A stretch of 62,736 bases of DNA, filler included, from Candidatus Zapsychrus exili (GCA_030765585.1; 6 parts of 6 records of this genome joined end to end with filler, not necessarily neighbours in it), one strand, 5' to 3'. Counted from the first letter of the whole stretch, positions 8,911 to 21,800 are shown. The notes: generated by a model from the sequence alone, not told the origin. Made by a program: numbers and translations.

Positions 8911-11900
8911 CTAGTTAGCTACTTCTATATAGTCAAGAGATTCAGCAATAATTGCCTCTTTAGATCTATCCTTTTTTAAACTTTCTTCCTTTATTCTTTC
9001 TATTTCTATTTTTTTCTCTGTCTCTATTTCTTTTTCTATTATCTTAATATAGCTTCTTGTTCTCTTATAATTAGGGCTCATACTTTCTATTTCATTCAAA
9101 ACTTTCTGAGCGTGCTGAAATGCTTGAGACTTATAATACTTATTAGCTACTTCATATAAATTATCTATATGTTTCTTAAAATTCTTTCTAACTTCTTCTC
9201 TCTCCCTGATAAGTTCTGCTTGTCTCTGTTCTACAATTTTGTTTAATTCTTTACTATTATCAGTCTCAATATTTTTTCTTTTTTCTATACTTAAACTTTT
9301 TTCTTTTAGCTTGTTAAGCTTTTCTTCTTCAATAGCTTTTCGCTGATTCTTTATAGCCTCTAAATATTTTTGAGCAATTCTCTCTTCTCTTTTCTTATCA
9401 ATTAATTGCTCATCCTTAGGTTTTCTTTTCTTATTTTTTGCGGCTTCTTCTTTCAATTTGCGTTCTTTAGCCAAACGCTCTTCTTCTCGCCTAATATCAC
9501 GTTCCATTTTTCTCAATTCTCTATTTTCTTTCTCTTCTAATTTACTCTTTTTACGCTCATTAAACTCGACTCTCTTTTTAGCTAACTTCTCTTTCCTTAA
9601 ATCTTCTTTTATTGTTTTATTCTCTGCTCTCGTCTTTTCTTTCTCCAAGCTTCTATTTTTAGACAACATATACGCAAGAGAAAAATCATGATTCCTTAAA
9701 ATATTATCAAATTCTAATGTTTGCTTTTCCGCAAGACCCATCTTTCCTTTTCTATACGACAAAATAATTTTCTTATAAAGCTTTTCTGTTCTTATTTTAG
9801 TATTCTTAAACTTTTTATCTTTCTTTAAATCTTCCCTCTTTTTCTTTTCTTCCATTAACTTTTCTTGTTTATTTCTATATCCTTCTCTTGATAAACCTTT
9901 TCTTTTGATTATTCCTTCTCTTTCTTGCGTATATTGTTCTCCAATAGTATCTTCACACAACTTAATATACTTAGCAGAAAGTTTATATCCCCCAGAAATT
10001 CTTTCTATTTCATCAAATTTGTCCTTAGCATTTTTATAATCTTCCATATTGTAAAAATCCATTGCTTTTCTATATTCGCTCTCAAACGCATCGTCCATTC
10101 CATCATGCCTTGGTCTATCTACTTCTTGTTTCTTTTTATATTTTTCTCGTGCTTCTTTTTGTTTCTTTCGCTGTGCTATTTTTCTATCACACTTCTTAAT
10201 ATAAGATTTAACTAATTTATATCTTGGAGATTTCCTATCTATTTCTAAAAACTTATCTTTAGCTTTTAAATAATTACTTCTCTTGTAATCTTTTACTGCT
10301 AAATTATATAGATTTTTTATTTTATCCAATCTTTCAGATTCTTTCTTCTGTTCTATAAGCTTTGCGTTTCTTAACTCTTCTCGTTCTTTTTCAAGAATCT
10401 TTTGCTCACATCTCTTAAAATATGTTTTAGTTGATTTATAGTTAGGCTGGATATCGTCTACGACTATAAGTTTATCTCGTGCAGCCAAATAATCTTTATT
10501 TTTATAATTTATAATTGCTTCGTCATATAAAAACTTTGCCTCGCCTAAAAATCCAAGATCGTTAATCTCTTTTTCTTTTTTCTCATTCTCTAATTTTTTA
10601 GCAAGTTCTTGCTCTTGAGCTTCTAGTGAATCTGTCTGCTCTTGCTTTTTTTGCCTAAAATCTTCTTTTCTCTTATTTTCTTGAGCTTCAACAACTCTCC
10701 CTATATCAGTTTTACCTATTTTCTTGATATATCCAGCTGCTGATTTATACCCAGGACACATACCTTCAACAGAAATAAATTTTGCTCTTGATTCCTTATA
10801 TCTTTCTTGCCTGTAAAGCTCTACAGCATCTTTATATAAGGCAGCAACTTCTCGTCTTAGTCTTTTCTTATGATCCTTATCTTTTCTAGCTACAGCTCTT
10901 TTTATTTCTCTTCTTTGCTTCTCAAGATCTACTCTTTGCTGCTTTTCAAGCTCTCTTTGTCCTCTTTTAAAACTATGGAAATCCTTCTTTAATCTTTTAT
11001 CAGCTGCTTCTTTTTTATATTGTAAATACTCATAGTCTTCAATTGTCTTGCCGTCTGCTTGTTCAAATTTCATCTTGTGATGAGCTTTAACAACTCTTGG
11101 TATCTCTATTATTCCCTGAGATTTTATCTCTTCTGCTCTTCTTTTTTTATCTTCCCCTTCTCTTTTCTTTTCTTCTTTTAAAGCTAATTCTCTTTTTTCT
11201 TGTATCCTTGCTTGTAACTCAGCCTGTCTTTTCTTAAGATTCTTTTCTTGCTCTTCTAAGATTCTCTCCTCTTCTTCTAGTCTTTTTTGCCTCTCTTCAT
11301 CTTCTCTCATCTTTTGTTCTAATTTTCTCGCTAAAAGTTCTCTTTCTTCCTCTAATCTCGCCTCTTCCTTAAGTTGCAACCTTCTCTCTTCTACTCTTCT
11401 TTGCTCTTCAAGCTTTCTTTGTTTTTCTTCTTCCTTTTCTTTTTCTATAAGTGCTCGCTCTTCAGCCCTTAACTTATCTTTAAGCTCTTTTTGTTGTTTT
11501 CTTTCAAGACGAGCTTGTGCTTTTTCCTCCATTCTCCTCTGACGTTCTTCTTCTTTTAATCTACGTCTCAAATCTCTTTCTCTTTTTACCTGAACTTTAT
11601 GTCTTTTTTTCTTTAATTGCTTTATCTTAAGTCTTTGAACTTTCATGTCTCTTAAATAAGCTTCTCTTTCTAATCCTTTTACCCTATTTATCTCTTTTTT
11701 CTTAGCATTAAGTTTATAAATTACTTCGTCTAGTTCAATTTCCCAATCCTGCCTACTATCCTTTAATATTGCCTTAATCTTTTCTTCTTTTTCTGAATAT
11801 CCGCGACGCTTAGCCCTGTCTTGTTTTTCTTTCTGTTTTATAAAACGCCTATGTTGAATCTCTATTTTTTTATCAACAATCTTTAAATATTTATCTACAT

Positions 11901-14900
11901 TTTTATACCTTGAAACTAATAACCCAACTTCATTAAATTTAGCTTTAGCTTTTTCATAAGATTTCTTACCATACAACGCTATTGCTTGTTTATAAATATC
12001 CTCAGCTTCATCTGTTAAATCGTACCCTGAAGATGTTGTAAAAATCTTTGTTTTTCTATTAGCCTTCTTTTGAGAAAGAATATGAACTTTGCCATCTGCA
12101 AAACAACTACCCAAACAATAATCCGTACATCGCTCAAGACATTTTTCTTGTGCCTTAGCTTGACTTTTTATTTTTTTGTCAATATTTTTTAAATACTTTC
12201 TTGTCGTTTTATAACTATATGCAATAGAATCTATTTCTCTAAACTTTTCTTGTGCCTTTAAAAACTCTTTCTTTTTGTACAAATCAACAGCTCGATTATA
12301 CGCGCTCTTAACCGTCTCATCTAAAGACCTAGTAGTTTCTTTTTTGATATCTTTTTCTTTTCTTATCTCAAAATCAATATCTATTCTCTTTAAATAAGCT
12401 ATTGTATCTTTGTAGTCAGATTTAATATCTTCAATCTCAATAAATTTCTCTCTAGCCTGATCAAGATTTTTATTTTCATACAACTTAACTGCACTTTTAT
12501 ATTTATTTTCTGCTATTTTTACAATTACTTCTTGCCTTTGCCTTAACTCTTTTTCTTTACGCTCTTCTTCTTTTGCTTTTATTTCTTCAGCCTTCTTAAT
12601 TGCCAAAGCTTCTTCGTCAATTGTTTTGTCTTCAAGAATTCCTGCTTCAACTTTCACCTCTTTTTTAGATTCAGCTTTGATTTCTTTTTTCACCTCTAAC
12701 TTAATACTACGACTAATTTTCTTTAAATACTTTTCTACACTTTTTTCTTTATACCCAGGAATTATTGTATTTATTTCATTAAAGCTTTCTTTCGATTTTT
12801 CATATTTCTTTATTTTGTACAAATTAACTGCTTGTCTGTATTTTCTTTCGGCTGAATTATTAAGCCTTTCTTCTTCTTTCTTTTGTCGTATAGCTTCTGC
12901 ATCCTTTACTATATCTAAATCAACCTTGCCTAAATAATAAGCAACATCTTTATAGTTTGGATTTAAAACCTGCACTTCCCCAAACATATCTTTTGCTTCT
13001 AAATAATTCTTCTTTTTATAAAGACTAAGGGCTTTTTTATATTTCTTTTTTACCCCTGCTGTAATAACTTTTTTTACTTCTTCTTTTTGCTCTTTGATTA
13101 CAGTTTCAGAATCAATGAACACTTCTATTTCTTTAATGGAGAGCTGTTCTTTCTTTATATTAATGCCCTGATAAATCTTCTTTAAATATTTTTCTGTAGG
13201 TTTATAGCCTGGAGCTATATCTTCTGCTTCAAGAAACTTCTCTTGAGCCAAAATCAAATCTCCTTGATTATAGAGCAACACAGCGCCATCAAAAACGTTA
13301 CTAGCCAAATCCTTTTTATCATTCTCTTTGCGTTTTATTTCTTGCTGACGCTCTTTTTTAGATCTTTTCTCAGCCCTAATTCTTTCTCGATCAATCTTTT
13401 TCTCTACTCTAGATAAATACTTCTTTGTCGCTTTATACTCAGGAACAATAAAATTAACCTCAATAAACTTCTCTTTTGCCTCTAGATAGTCCTTGTTTTT
13501 ATAACAAGCTATTGCCTGATTGTATGTTTGTATTACATTTTCATCTATCTGTTGAGTTTTAGGTTTCACAACTCTTTTTTCTACATCTAATTCTTGTACA
13601 ATATTATCTTTAATCGTTTTTTCTTGCTTTTTACCTTTAGAAAGTTTTGTCTGGTAAAGAGTCTCATCAATAGTACTTAAATACTTAAGAGTATCTTTAT
13701 ATCCAGGATAAAAAGCTTCTAATTTAATAAACTTCTGTTTTGCCTCTAAATATTCCTTAGACTTATAAAGAGAAAGCGCCTTACCATACATTTCTTCAGC
13801 TTCACGAGTTAACATTCGCTCTCTTTCTTCAATTGCTTGCCTTATCACGCCATTATCTTCTGACACTTCTGCCTCAACAAATTTTTTAGACTTCCGACTT
13901 ATCTCGCTCTCTTTTTTCTTATCATAATTAAGCTTACGATTTATACGGTCTATATATTTACTGGAGGCTTTATAATTAAAATAAATACGTTGCAGTTCAT
14001 CAAACTTATCACGAGCTTGTACAAAAAGCTTATTTTTGTAAAACAAAACAGCTGTGTTATACAAAAGTTCTGCTTCATCTTTAAGGATTTGCTTCTTATC
14101 TTTTTCTATTAACTTTTGATTCTCAAGTTCGCGCCGCAAAACAAGATCTTCTTCTCTTAATTCATTGCTCATCTCTTCCTTAAGCGTTCGTTTATGATTC
14201 ACTTCTAGCCTAGAAAGTCTCGCTTTTTCTTTTATAATTTGTACTTCAATTTTCTTCAGGTAGGATTCTGTAGATTTATAACTTGGATATAATTCTTTAA
14301 GTTCTAAGAACTTATCCTTTGCTTGATCGTATAGTCTATTCTTATAAAGAGAAACTCCAATATTATAAACTAATTCTGATTCTGCTTTTAAACTCTCTAG
14401 CTCTTGCTTTGCTTCAAGCTCATACTGTTTTCTTTGTCTTTTCTCTGCTTCTCTTTGCGCTATTCTTTCTCTTTTTATCTCAAGTTCAAATTCTATTCTT
14501 TGCTTTTCTATTCTTTGTCTTTCTTCACTTGCTATGTCATCATCTATTCTTGAAAGATACCAATCAGTGCTTTTATAATTTGAAAATATATCTTTAACTT
14601 CAGCAAATTTTGCTTTTGATTCAATAAACTTTTTCTTTTTATAAAGAGATATGCCCATTTTATAAACAAATTCAGCTTCGTCCTTTAATCTCTTTATCTT
14701 GTCCTTTTCCTCTTGTTCTCGAAGCTTACGCTGTTTTTCTTCTCTCTGCTTTCTTGCCGATATCTCTTCTTCAATTTGATTCTCTAGCGAACGCTTTCTC
14801 TCTATTTCTCTTCGTCTTGACTCTTCTTCTATATCTTTATCTATTCCAGACAAATAATGAACGGTTGCCTTATAGTTAGGAAGTATCCACTCAATTTCTT

Positions 14901-15729
14901 TAAACTTTACCTTTGCTTTTTCAAACTCTCTTGCGCGATAAAGCTTTGTAGCATCTTGATACAAGCTTTCAGCCTGATCCTTTAAATACTGCTGACGCTC
15001 TTTTTCTCTTTTTTCAAGTTCTTTTTTCCATTCTTCTTTTTCTTTCCTTCTAACAAGCGCCTCTTCTTTCAATCTCGCATCTATAAGACGTTGCTGCTCG
15101 CTATTTATTTCTTGCTCTATAATCATTAAATAGCTTCTTGTTGCTTTATGATCAGGAAACATATCTTCAACTTTTTCAAAATCTTCCTGTGCTTCTATAT
15201 ATTTCTTCTGTTTAAATAAAACAACAGCAATATTGTATGCCTTTTCAACTTCTTCTGCGCTATATCCTCTTTCTATTTCTAATCTTCTAATTTTTCTTAT
15301 CTTCTCTTTATCAAATGCTACTTGTTGGCTCTTTGTCTTTCGTACACTTTCTGAAATATATCCCTTCATTTCAGGATGTTCAGTTATCTTAATAGATTTT
15401 CGCCAAAGCTCTTGAGCTAGCTCAAGTTTGCCTTCAGAAGAAAGTCTCACAGCTTTTTCATAATATTCGCGCGCTTTCTCTTCTCTTTGTTGATTTCTTC
15501 TTCTTTTTGCCTGATCTTTAAGCTTAACATTAACATGCTCTATTTTCTTCTTAGAACGCTTAATAAGATCTTTCAAATTTATAATATAACCTTCTTTGGC
15601 TTTTTGTTCTTTTAATGTTGGAATAGTTAATTCAGGCTCATCAGCGACTGACTGAGCAAAGGCAGGCCCATTGATAGAAATGGTAAATATAATACTAATT
15701 ATTAATAATTTTTTAATTTTATGTAACAT
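8911..15729 (-). CDS. Giant (2272 aa) secreted protein of ~19 isolated TPR-like units joined by E/K/R-rich helices
   Basis: Signal peptide (..GPAFA|QS); repeated Y..A..LY....Y..A...F..I....P.YK....YL motif. Confidence 0.85.
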   Translation of the reverse strand: MLHKIKKLLIISIIFTISINGPAFAQSVADEPELTIPTLKEQKAKEGYIINLKDLIKRSKKKIEHVNVKLKDQAKRRRNQQREEKAREYYEKAVRLSSEGKLELAQELWRKSIKITEHPEMKGYISESVRKTKSQQVAFDKEKIRKIRRLEIERGYSAEEVEKAYNIAVVLFKQKKYIEAQEDFEKVEDMFPDHKATRSYLMIIEQEINSEQQRLIDARLKEEALVRRKEKEEWKKELEKREKERQQYLKDQAESLYQDATKLYRAREFEKAKVKFKEIEWILPNYKATVHYLSGIDKDIEEESRRREIERKRSLENQIEEEISARKQREEKQRKLREQEEKDKIKRLKDEAEFVYKMGISLYKKKKFIESKAKFAEVKDIFSNYKSTDWYLSRIDDDIASEERQRIEKQRIEFELEIKRERIAQREAEKRQRKQYELEAKQELESLKAESELVYNIGVSLYKNRLYDQAKDKFLELKELYPSYKSTESYLKKIEVQIIKEKARLSRLEVNHKRTLKEEMSNELREEDLVLRRELENQKLIEKDKKQILKDEAELLYNTAVLFYKNKLFVQARDKFDELQRIYFNYKASSKYIDRINRKLNYDKKKESEISRKSKKFVEAEVSEDNGVIRQAIEERERMLTREAEEMYGKALSLYKSKEYLEAKQKFIKLEAFYPGYKDTLKYLSTIDETLYQTKLSKGKKQEKTIKDNIVQELDVEKRVVKPKTQQIDENVIQTYNQAIACYKNKDYLEAKEKFIEVNFIVPEYKATKKYLSRVEKKIDRERIRAEKRSKKERQQEIKRKENDKKDLASNVFDGAVLLYNQGDLILAQEKFLEAEDIAPGYKPTEKYLKKIYQGINIKKEQLSIKEIEVFIDSETVIKEQKEEVKKVITAGVKKKYKKALSLYKKKNYLEAKDMFGEVQVLNPNYKDVAYYLGKVDLDIVKDAEAIRQKKEEERLNNSAERKYRQAVNLYKIKKYEKSKESFNEINTIIPGYKEKSVEKYLKKISRSIKLEVKKEIKAESKKEVKVEAGILEDKTIDEEALAIKKAEEIKAKEEERKEKELRQRQEVIVKIAENKYKSAVKLYENKNLDQAREKFIEIEDIKSDYKDTIAYLKRIDIDFEIRKEKDIKKETTRSLDETVKSAYNRAVDLYKKKEFLKAQEKFREIDSIAYSYKTTRKYLKNIDKKIKSQAKAQEKCLERCTDYCLGSCFADGKVHILSQKKANRKTKIFTTSSGYDLTDEAEDIYKQAIALYGKKSYEKAKAKFNEVGLLVSRYKNVDKYLKIVDKKIEIQHRRFIKQKEKQDRAKRRGYSEKEEKIKAILKDSRQDWEIELDEVIYKLNAKKKEINRVKGLEREAYLRDMKVQRLKIKQLKKKRHKVQVKRERDLRRRLKEEERQRRMEEKAQARLERKQQKELKDKLRAEERALIEKEKEEEKQRKLEEQRRVEERRLQLKEEARLEEERELLARKLEQKMREDEERQKRLEEEERILEEQEKNLKKRQAELQARIQEKRELALKEEKKREGEDKKRRAEEIKSQGIIEIPRVVKAHHKMKFEQADGKTIEDYEYLQYKKEAADKRLKKDFHSFKRGQRELEKQQRVDLEKQRREIKRAVARKDKDHKKRLRREVAALYKDAVELYRQERYKESRAKFISVEGMCPGYKSAAGYIKKIGKTDIGRVVEAQENKRKEDFRQKKQEQTDSLEAQEQELAKKLENEKKEKEINDLGFLGEAKFLYDEAIINYKNKDYLAARDKLIVVDDIQPNYKSTKTYFKRCEQKILEKEREELRNAKLIEQKKESERLDKIKNLYNLAVKDYKRSNYLKAKDKFLEIDRKSPRYKLVKSYIKKCDRKIAQRKKQKEAREKYKKKQEVDRPRHDGMDDAFESEYRKAMDFYNMEDYKNAKDKFDEIERISGGYKLSAKYIKLCEDTIGEQYTQEREGIIKRKGLSREGYRNKQEKLMEEKKKREDLKKDKKFKNTKIRTEKLYKKIILSYRKGKMGLAEKQTLEFDNILRNHDFSLAYMLSKNRSLEKEKTRAENKTIKEDLRKEKLAKKRVEFNERKKSKLEEKENRELRKMERDIRREEERLAKERKLKEEAAKNKKRKPKDEQLIDKKREERIAQKYLEAIKNQRKAIEEEKLNKLKEKSLSIEKRKNIETDNSKELNKIVEQRQAELIREREEVRKNFKKHIDNLYEVANKYYKSQAFQHAQKVLNEIESMSPNYKRTRSYIKIIEKEIETEKKIEIERIKEESLKKDRSKEAIIAESLDYIEVAN

Positions 15730-15800
15730 AAAGAATGTAGAGAATTTAATTAATTATCTATTCTAATAGATAAAGATATATAGTTATAATATTATATAAT

Positions 15801-18800
15801 TCATTCTACCATACCGTACTCTGCTTCTTCCAGAATTTTCTCCAATATTTTCTTTGCTTTTTCATACTGCCCATTCTTGAAATATTGGTCCGCAAGAGTC
15901 TTCATTTCTTGTAACTTCTCTTCTCTTTCTACGCGACCTCTAATATACTCTGCAGCTTCCTCATACATCATCTGACCTGCCATAATAATATCTTTATATA
16001 TCTGACTTGATTCTTCTAAGTTGCCTACTTCACTAGCTTTTTGCGCAAGAATAAAATATTCATTTAACTCAGAAAGTATAGGACTGCTTTTACGCGATAG
16101 TTCCTGATGAACCATAACCCATGCCCACTTCTTTATTTTTTCTTCTAACCAACGCTGTTTTGCTCTCTCTATTTCTTCAGGTGTTCTGTCATACAACTTA
16201 CCTGTCAATCTGACAAATGGTCCTTGTGTTGTATAATCTAAATCGGTTAAGTCATCATTAAAATCAGTAAAATCATACCCAACACCTAACTGAGCATATT
16301 CTCCAACATTTCTTGCTACTTCAAATAAGAAGCCTCTCTTTTGATCAGATGCTTCTTCCTGAGTCAATGTCCTAAATTCACCACCTATTGTCCAGTCGCG
16401 ATCAACTCTATAATTCAGTCTATGTATCATCAACCATGTATGTGTCTTTGTAAAATCAAAACCTGTTACCTTTTCTTTTGACAGGCGATAAGCAAATTTC
16501 TCAGCAAGTTGCCATTTTTCAGTTAAATCGTAAATAGCTTCAGCCGCAATGACATGTGAACTTTCATATTCAATATCAGACATATCTTCCTGATCACCTG
16601 GAGATTTATCTTGTAAGTATGTGTAACGTCCCAACATATTAAGTCTGTCATGAGTAATAGGTCTATAAGCGCCACCAAGAACAAACTCTCTATGTGCTGC
16701 TTCCGTATACCCATCTGTAATATTTCTTGTTTTTGAAAGTTCAATCTTGCTAAACACACTTAAAGCACTATTAATCTTTCCTTCTGTTGCATGATAAAGC
16801 AAATACTGTTGTGAATCCTTTTCTCCATCATCTTTACGAAATTCGATCTTTGTTGAACTTTGAAGATCTTCTCCTGTTTCTTCATCTTTATTAACATACG
16901 CAGCTGCAAGAGCTATTGCATCTCTTTCCGTATTAGTTCCATCAAGATTTTTAACATCACCTTTTTCATACGTACCTGTTAACGCCCACTTATCATTAAC
17001 ATCTCCAGACAAGCCAAAAATATTAGATTCTGATACTTCTTCTGTGCCTTGTGAATAAGCGCGAGACAAAGACCCTTCCAATTTCTTACCATCTTTTTCA
17101 CGAACCAAACTATAAGTATCGTCAGCTGTATGCGTTCCGTCAGAGGAATCTCCAAAACTACGAGATGATACTGCTGACAATTCATCCGTCAGTTTTTGTT
17201 TTGTTCCAAAAGTATAAGTCGTGCTTTGGCTGCCCTCTGAAGTCTCAATCATATCAATCTTAGTTTCTGTTTGAACATCTTCGCTTACTTGCTTTGTTCC
17301 AGCAAACATTACTGTTGTTGTCTGAACTCCGGCCGAAGTACCCACGCCAACCTTTGCTTCTGTCTGAGTATCTTCATCTATTTTAGATGTTCCTCCAAAG
17401 GCCAAGGTTGTTGTATTGTCTCCTGTTGCAGAACTACTAATTGTTGCCTCACCTGCGATTGTTGTTTCTTCTCCAAATTTTACATCAGATTCTCCAGAAA
17501 CCTTTAAAGATGTTTCTCTGCTATTTCCTGCACCTGCTAAAGCAAGTTCACTTACTATCTTTGTTCCCTCACGAGGCTCAACTTCGCCCATTACAGCTAA
17601 AGTAGCTGCAGTATCTCCACCAGATGTTTTAGCAATCCCAATCGCTGTTGTTATCTTAGTTTTTTCATTAGGTGTTATTTCTGTACCAATAGCTGAAGAA
17701 ACCACACTCTCTCCAGCTGAGTCAACCGCAATTGCGTATTCTCCTGTTAAAGCAAATTTTTCACTCATATCTGCCTTAACGCCAAGAATTGTTGCCGTAC
17801 CTGAATCCGATATCTTTTGCTCTGCTGAAAGAGTAAGATTGTCATTAGGCGTTGCTACAACTCCAACTGTCGTTTGATCAGCAGCTCCTTCATCTTGCAG
17901 AGAAAATTGTTTTTCTACTGACACAGCTAAACCATCTGTTATTTGGTAATCAGCACGTGCAGCAACAATATCAGTCACAGCATCATCAATATCTGTTCGT
18001 TGGTACTCTCCTGTTAATTTCAATTTTCTTCCCTCATGAACAACTTGCATAAGAGTCGTTGCCGTCTTATGTCCTCCCACTTGCGTTTGAGTCTGAAGGT
18101 TTCCGTCGTCTAGCAATGTCTGAATATCATGACTTACAGTTACTCTTGATGTATCTGTTAAATCATAAACACCCTTAAACCCAACTGTTTCCTTGCCTTG
18201 TTGCGAAACCGAATCTGCAGATGAAAATCCATTATCAATCCATTTATAATAAGAAGTTAGTCCTAGTCGATTAAAGAGCTTTGCATCAGATGAAATTCCA
18301 TAAGCCTTTCCATGAGATACATCAGAGCTAGAAAGATCAGTAAAACTTATACCACCATCTGTTGAGACATATGTGCCCTTAGCGCCAGACTCTGATTCAG
18401 CGTACTCTGCCTTTATCGTCGCATTTGGTCCTAAATGTAATGTTAAATCTGTTCCCTTTAATTCATAATTAGAATCTTCCTGGCTTTCGCGAACATAAGT
18501 TGCACCAACAAGAACGCTATCAGTAATGGCTTGGCGAACTCTTACACCTTCACTTCCTTCGTCTGTTTTGTCTTTTGTATCATATTCATAGTCAGCTGTA
18601 ACATAAACAAGATTTCCTTCTAAGAGATCGTTTGATATTATCGAGTAAGATTGAATCATCATAGACACTGGCATCCAGAATATAATTCGGCCGCTATCGT
18701 AATCTAGTTCATAATCAGCGCCTTCTTTCATTTCAGTCTCAGATATCATAAGGCCTGTAATTCTATCTCTTACCTCAACCTTGACGCTGTCTGAACCTTC

Positions 18801-21800
18801 AATAACATCTCTATGCTTTAAGAAATATAACGATCCACCAGTTGCCAAAAATTCATTATGCGCTGCTTTTTGTTTTACTCTTGAATGGAAAGCAACTACC
18901 TTAGTTTTTGATTCGCCATACTCTGTTGTAGACAGGCTTTCAAAATTTATCTTTCCTCCAAAAAGTGTTCTTGAGAATTGAGCAAATTCTGTTTCATCAA
19001 ATGCAACTTCGTAATTACTCCATTGAACAGATGACTTGTCCCACTCAAGCATTAAATATAAACTACTCTGCGTATCTGTCGCCTCTGTGTCAAGCTCGGA
19101 TGAGTCTCCATAAATAGGATAATACTGGTCGGGATCAAGATCCTTAAATAACTCTTTTTGTTCTCTCTGTGAATCAAAGCTCGATGTAATCAAATACTTG
19201 CCTAAAACTTTTCCTTGCAAGAAATATGCCATCTTTCCTTCTGACCAAAAACCACCCTTATACTTTTCATCACTCTGCACTGGTTCAATATTGCCTTTAT
19301 TAAAGGTATATCCTATTTTTGCATCCCCCATACCTACAAAAAATAAATAATCTTCTCCAACCTTAATTTTCTTAGAATACATATTAACCGGACTACCTAT
19401 TATCTCTTTTGTATCTGTAAATCCTTCCGACAACATCAAATCTCCATTTGTTAATCTTGCACCATCTATTTCACTTGACCCAGCGCCTTCTCCTACAGAT
19501 ATTTCATAATCTCCTTTAGGAAGTATTATCTCAAGTTTATCGTCTTTCCTTTGATCTTTTATTTCTTCTCCTAAAAGTTCAGACGCTGTAAAACCTTGCT
19601 TTGCAAGAAGAGGAACCTCAGAAACTATTTGTCCGTCTTTTAATACTCTTACGCTTTGTATCTTTGCCGAAGAGAGTCTGTCTATTGTAACAGTCTCTCC
19701 CTCTACTAAAATAGACTGAACAAACATATTGCTCTTCTTTAATTCTTCACTTATCCATTGCCTATATTTCTTATTCCAATCAGTCAATCTATCTAATTTA
19801 TAAGTTTTAAGAGCCTCTTCATCCTCAATAAAATTAAATTTTATTGGAGTAAGCACAGTCTCATCGTAATCACCTTTTTCATCTTCAACATAAACAAGAT
19901 ACACATAATTTCTATCAGTTCTAACATGCTCTCCTGTCTTATCAAGTCCATCCCAATAAATAGGATCATGTATATTTAAATTGTTCCCCTCAAAAGATTT
20001 TATTGTCTTATAAACATCTTTATCTATAATCTCTAATTTCCACTTTTTAATAAATGGAGCATAGTTTGCAAATATTCTAAATTCAGCAGCTTCTGAGAAT
20101 ACATCATTATATATTGGTATCTCGTCAGTAAACATAGCAACATTTAAACGAGGTGTTGGCTTGCTTTTGTCTTGAGATACCTTCATATCTTTCATAAAGA
20201 AATGTTGGTCTTCACTTCTAAATCTATCATAATCAAGATTAACTCCAAAGTTTACCTTAACTAGTAAACCAGGAGTAACATCAACCACAACAACCTTATC
20301 TGTCGTCAAATAACTTCCGTCTGGAAGCGACCTTTCATCTAGCCTAAATAAATGCCTTCCTGGAGTAAGCGCCGGAACGCTAAAGCGACCCTCTTCATCC
20401 GTTGTAACAACGGTTCCATCTTCCATTGCTATTCTTACCTTTGGCACAGGATTTTCAATATACGTATCTCTATCTAAATAATTATATTCCGGCATATCTT
20501 GAACTCCATTTTCATTTTTATCTAAGAAAACCTTACCTATAACCGTACCTAAATCGAAAAGTGGGTCGAGCACAACCTTAACATGTTCTGTTGCGTAATT
20601 TGAAAGCAACTGCCAGTTCCAATATCTTGCCCAAGCTATGTTTTCATAATCACCTAAAGTCACACCAGAACCTACTACCAATTGATATTTAAATTCTCTT
20701 TTTTGATTACCTGTCATTTTATCAATATAAAAACTAAGCGGTCTTTGTCCTAGAGGATTATCTGCTTGATCTCCGTCTAGAGTTACTCTTCCTTCTAAGA
20801 ATTTAAATCCAGGAGGAATTCTATCTTCTAAATAAACATCAATAAAAGTTGCTGTAGTTAAATTTTCAATAGTTACTGTATAAGTGACAACATCACCAAC
20901 TTTTACTTCTTTTTTGTTTGCATCCTTTTCAACACGCATAACATTACCATTAGCATCTGCTGGTTGATCCATCTCAATAATAGCAGAGGCAACGTTAAAG
21001 ACCTCTCCTTTAGAACCTGTTACAATAACACGGTCAGATGGAAATGTTGTCTTAGCAGATGGATAATCATAACCAAGTGCATTTATCGTTATATAGTAGT
21101 CTCCGTCGGCACATATATAACTATAAAAACCATCTGAATCTACAATAACTGGATTGACGTCAGTTATATCTAAATCACCATCAGCAATAGTTGCAAGTTG
21201 ATTATCAGACGTCCTATATAATGACACTATCGCATCATTTATAGGATGATTTGTAAAAGAGTCAAACGCAATACCAAACGGATCTGTTAATTTTATCTCT
21301 AAAATATCAGAAGCAACACCGTTTATAACAACAGCTATATAATTAACTGCTTTAACAAGTGGTGATGGAGTAACTGAATATCTTGAGTCTGCGGTATCAA
21401 CTAGCCCAGTTCCTACCGTCTGATAAAGCAGTGCTCCTAGTTCATCCATTGCAACAACCTCAAGTGACTCTCCAGCAAGACCAAAGCCTGTAAATGTAGG
21501 CAACGCACCATGTACCCTGTCGCCATCAACATGCGAATCTATTATAGAAACCTGATCTGTTGTAGGTGTTGCAGTGACAGTTAAATTCTTAGTAGTAGGT
21601 CCCTGCAGTATACCGACAAACGGAATAAGCTCATTTGCGCCTATATCAAGAAATTCTGTCGGAACCTCAAAGAAAAAGTTTCCGTTTATATCAGCAATAA
21701 CTGTTCCAATCTGAGTTAATACTGTTCCAACATAACCTTTAACCGTGACAACATAATTCGACTCTGTTATACCCATAATGGTTGGCTGTTGATCAATAGT

